Shown here piece by piece: positions 37,741-41,397 of a stretch of DNA of 41,397 nucleotides (the stretch's first letter is position 1; each line of letters opens with the position of its first letter). Origin of the DNA: Paramecium tetraurelia (Eukaryota); contig CT868385.1 of NCBI GenBank assembly GCA_000165425.1, positions 434,001 through 475,397 on the forward strand, written 5' to 3'. Position numbers and translations under genes: made by a program. Below the pieces are notes generated by a model. It ran no database searches, was not told the origin of the DNA, and saw only the letters and a list, made by a program, of their open reading frames with translations.

Positions 37741-40700
37741 TCAAAATTCTTTATGATTGTAAGGAATGAATACATAAGCATCCATTTAATGTGAACCCTT
37801 CTCTAAAAAAGAAATCTATATATATATATACTGCTGCCATCATACTTTTTCAAAGTTTCTTCAAACCTATTCATTTTATTTAGCATACTAGCTAAGTAAT
37901 CATCCAATTTAAATCATACCTTTGTTGAAATAATACATTAAATCTTCAGGATTTTTTAAAATGACTTAATCATAGTTTTCCAAAGCTTCTTCGAATCTAT
38001 TCATTTTAACTAGAGTCTAAGCTAAGTAATCATTCATTTGGAATTCATACCTTTGTTGAAATAATACATAGATTTTTATGGATATTTTTAAATAGCTAAA
38101 TCATAATTTTCCAAAGCCTCTTCCAACCTATTCATTTTTTATAGAGTATCAGCTAAGTAATCGTCATTAATTAATTATACCTTTGCCATCATAATAGTCT
38201 GAATTTTCTGGATTTTTCTAAATAGCTGAATCATAATTTTGCAGAGCTTCTTCATATCTATTCATTTTATTTAGCGTAATAGCTAAGAAATAATTTAGTT
38301 TGAATTTACCTTTATTAAAATAATACCTACGAATCTTCTGGGTTTTTTTAAATAGCTGAATCATAATTTTCTAGAGCTTCTTCGAATCTATTCATGAAAT
38401 TTAATGTAATTGCTTGAAAGTTATGTTTTATCGTTATACCCTTGCCATTAAAATAGTTTGGATTTTGTGGATTCATCTAGATAGCTAGATCATAACAAAT
38501 AAGGGCTTCTTTTAATCTATTCATTTTATTTAATGTATTTGCTTTATGAAAACCAGATGTCGATACCTTTGCAGTTATAATAGTCTGGATCAAATTGATT
38601 ATTTTAAATGGCTAAATCATAATATTGCACTGCTTCCTCAAATCTATTTATTTTATGTAAAGTGATTGCTTGGAAATGATAAGCTCATCATTTACCTTTA
38701 CAATAGTAATAATATGAATTTTTTGGTTTTTTCTGAATTGCTGAATTATAATAGTTTATTGCCTCCTCATATTTATTTAATTAGCTTAAAGTATTTGCTA
38801 TGAAAATGATGTGCTATTGAAGTATTACCTTTATTATTTTAATAATCTGCATTATTCGGATTTTTACTTATAGCTATATCCTAATATTCCAATGCTTCTT
38901 CAAATCTTTGCATTTTAATTAAAGTATTTGCTAAATAAAATGGTGATATAAAAACAATACCTTTATTATTATAATAATCTGAATTGTCAAAATTTTTGAA
39001 AATGGCAAAATTATAAAATTACAAAGCTTCTTCAAATCTATTTATTTTATGTAAGGTGACTGCTTCAAATTTATTGAAGTATTATTTACCTTTATGATGG
39101 TAATAGAGTGAATTTTCTGGATTTTTGGAAATTGCTATATCATAATGGTTCAATGCTTCCTCAAATCTATTCATATTCATTAATGTAATCGCTGCAAACG
39201 TAACATTATTTGTATACCCTTATTTGCATAGTAATCTGAATTTTCAGGGTTTTATTAAATTGCTAAATCAAAATACTCCAAACCCTCTTCAAATTGATTC
39301 ATTTTTTATAATATCACTGCTAGAAAAATAAATAAAGTGAATGATGCCTTTGTTGTTATAAAATTCTGAAATTTAATCGTTATATTTTATAGCTTAATCA
39401 TAATATATCAACGACTCTTCAAATTTATTCATTTAACCTAAAGTAATTGCTTCAAATTAGTAATTTACATTTTACCTTTACCATTATAACAATCTGCATT
39501 TTCTGGATTTTTTTAAATGGCTGATTCGTAATACTCCATAGCTTATTCTAATCTATTCATATTCATTAAAGTAATTGCTACAAAGGTTTGTTTCAAATTG
39601 TATACCTTTGCCAATATAATAATCTGCATTGATAAAGTTTTTTTAAATAGCTAAATCATAGTATTCTAATGCCTCTACAAATCTTTTCATATTCATTAAA
39701 GAAATGGCTATAAATTTTAAATTTGAATTTTATACCTTTGCCAAAATAATAGTCTGAATTTTCTGGGTTTTTCTAAGTAGCTGAATCATAGTTATTTAAA
39801 GCCTCTTCAAATCTGTTCATATTATTTAGTGTAATAGCTAAGAAATTATTAATTTTGATCATACCCTTGTTAAAATAATATCTTGAATCTTCTGGATTTT
39901 TCTAAATAGCTGAATCATAATTTTCTACAGCTTCTTCAAATCTGTTCATATTATTTAGTGTAATAGCTAAGAAATTATTAATTTTGATCATACCCTTGTT
40001 AAAATAATATCTTGAATCTTCTGGATTTTTCTAAATAGCTGAATCATAATTTTCCAAAGCCTCTTCAAATCTGTTCATTTTTTGTAGAGTATCAGCTAAG
40101 TAATTATCAACAATTAATTTTACCTTTGCCATTATAATAGTCTGAATTTTCTGGATTTTTCTAAATAGCTGAATCATAATTTTCCAAAGCCTCTTCAAAT
40201 CTGTTCATTTTTTGTAGAGTATCAGCTAAGTAATTATCATCAATCAATTATACCTTTGCCATTATAATAGTATGAATTTTCTGGATTTTTCTATATAGCT
40301 AAATCATAGTTTTCTAAAGCCTCATCTAAACTATTCATTTTTTATAGAGTATCAGCTAAGTAATCATCAACAATTCATTATACCTTTGCCATTATAATAG
40401 TATGAATTTTCTGGATCTTTCTAAATCGCTTAATCATAATTTTTTAAAGCTTCTTCATATCTGTTCATTTTATTTAGCGTAATAGCTAAGAATAATTTAG
40501 TTTGAATTTTACCTTTGTTAAAATAATACCTTGAATCTTCTGGGTTTTTCTAAATAGCTGAATCATAATTTTCTAAAGCTTTTTCTAATCTATTCATTGT
40601 ATTTAGCGTAATAGCTAAGAAGTAATTTAGTTTGAATTTTACCTTTGTTAAAATAATACCTTGAATCTTCTGGGTTTTTCTAAATAGCTGAATCATAATT

Positions 40701-41397
40701 TTCCAAAGCTTCTTCAAATCTGTTCATATTATTTAGTGTCGTAGCTAAAAAATATCAGTTTGAATCATACCTTTGTTATAATAATATCTTGAATCTTCTG
40801 GATTTTACTAAATAGCCTTATCATAATTTTCCAAAGCTTCTTCTAACCTGCTCATTTTCTGTAGTGTAATAGCTAAGAAATCATACTGGTTGGATCATAC
40901 CTTTGTTGAAATAATACATAGAATTCTAAGAATTTTTCTATATAACTAAATCATAATTTTCTAATGCTTCCTCAAATCTATTCATTTTTTTTAAAGTATC
41001 AGCTAAGAAATCATCCAATGAGTTAATTATACCTTTTTTAAAGTAATAGTCAGTAAACTTAGGGTTTCTCTAGATAGCTGATTCATAATTTTCCAAATCT
41101 TCTTCGAATTTGATTGCTTTATCTAGTGTAATAGCTATGAAATTGTTCATTCTAACCATACCTTTGTAAAAACAATACCTTGAATCTTATAAATTGTTCA
41201 AAATAACTGAATCCTAATTATCCAATGTTTCTTCAAATCTGGTAAGTTTTTCTAGAGTATATCCTAGAAATTATCCAGATAAAATAATACCTAGTTTTAA
41301 TATATCATTTACCTTCTGAAAATTTTAAAATAATTGATACGAGAATTGTTAGAGCTTTTTTGAATTTATTCATCTTTACTTGGGGTGAATGCTCTCT
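37741..41397 (-). CDS. Long TPR-array protein (~27 repeats), probably continues off the right edge
   Basis: Units A-x-TL-x-KMNRFEEALENYDSAIQKNPE-x-S-x-YY-x-x-K, each a ~102-nt exon bounded by phase-1 introns; final exon ends at TGA 37741-37743. Confidence 0.92.
37832..41265. repeat. Tandem ~129-nt exon+intron repeat array
   Basis: Donor sites recur every ~126-133 nt; some neighbouring units are near-identical, introns included. Confidence 0.9.

Noticed and set aside
37817..37830. (TA)n run as a possible IES or transposon footprint
   Set aside because: It lies inside a canonical 29-nt intron (37803-37831) of the TPR gene
37832..41265. Regularly spaced repeats resembling a CRISPR array or minisatellite
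   Set aside because: Units translate as TPRs and the spacers are spliceosomal introns; eukaryotic context with no cas genes

Overview
AT-rich ciliate macronuclear DNA, most likely Paramecium. Genes read only with TAA/TAG=Gln and TGA=stop, and carry 21-31 nt GT..AG introns, so the supplied ORF track is fragmentary. Hand reconstruction gives about 20 genes. In order: 5' end of a P2C (Na/K-type) ATPase; a TM/coiled-coil protein; an MSP+WD40-like protein; three tandem membrane hybrid histidine kinases (the third has lost its phospho-His and ATP motifs but keeps an intact receiver); a fatty acyl-CoA reductase ending in PTS1 (-AKL); MIC10; a stand-alone NPC1 N-terminal-domain membrane protein; a SHIPPO/PG-rich repeat protein; a TVP15-like protein; three related coiled-coil genes; Zn-finger+TPR and Zn-finger+MORN-like repeat genes; and a long TPR gene built as one 102-nt exon per repeat. 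Several decayed pseudogenes lie between them. All gene models and family calls come from manual reading and motif recognition, not from database searches.
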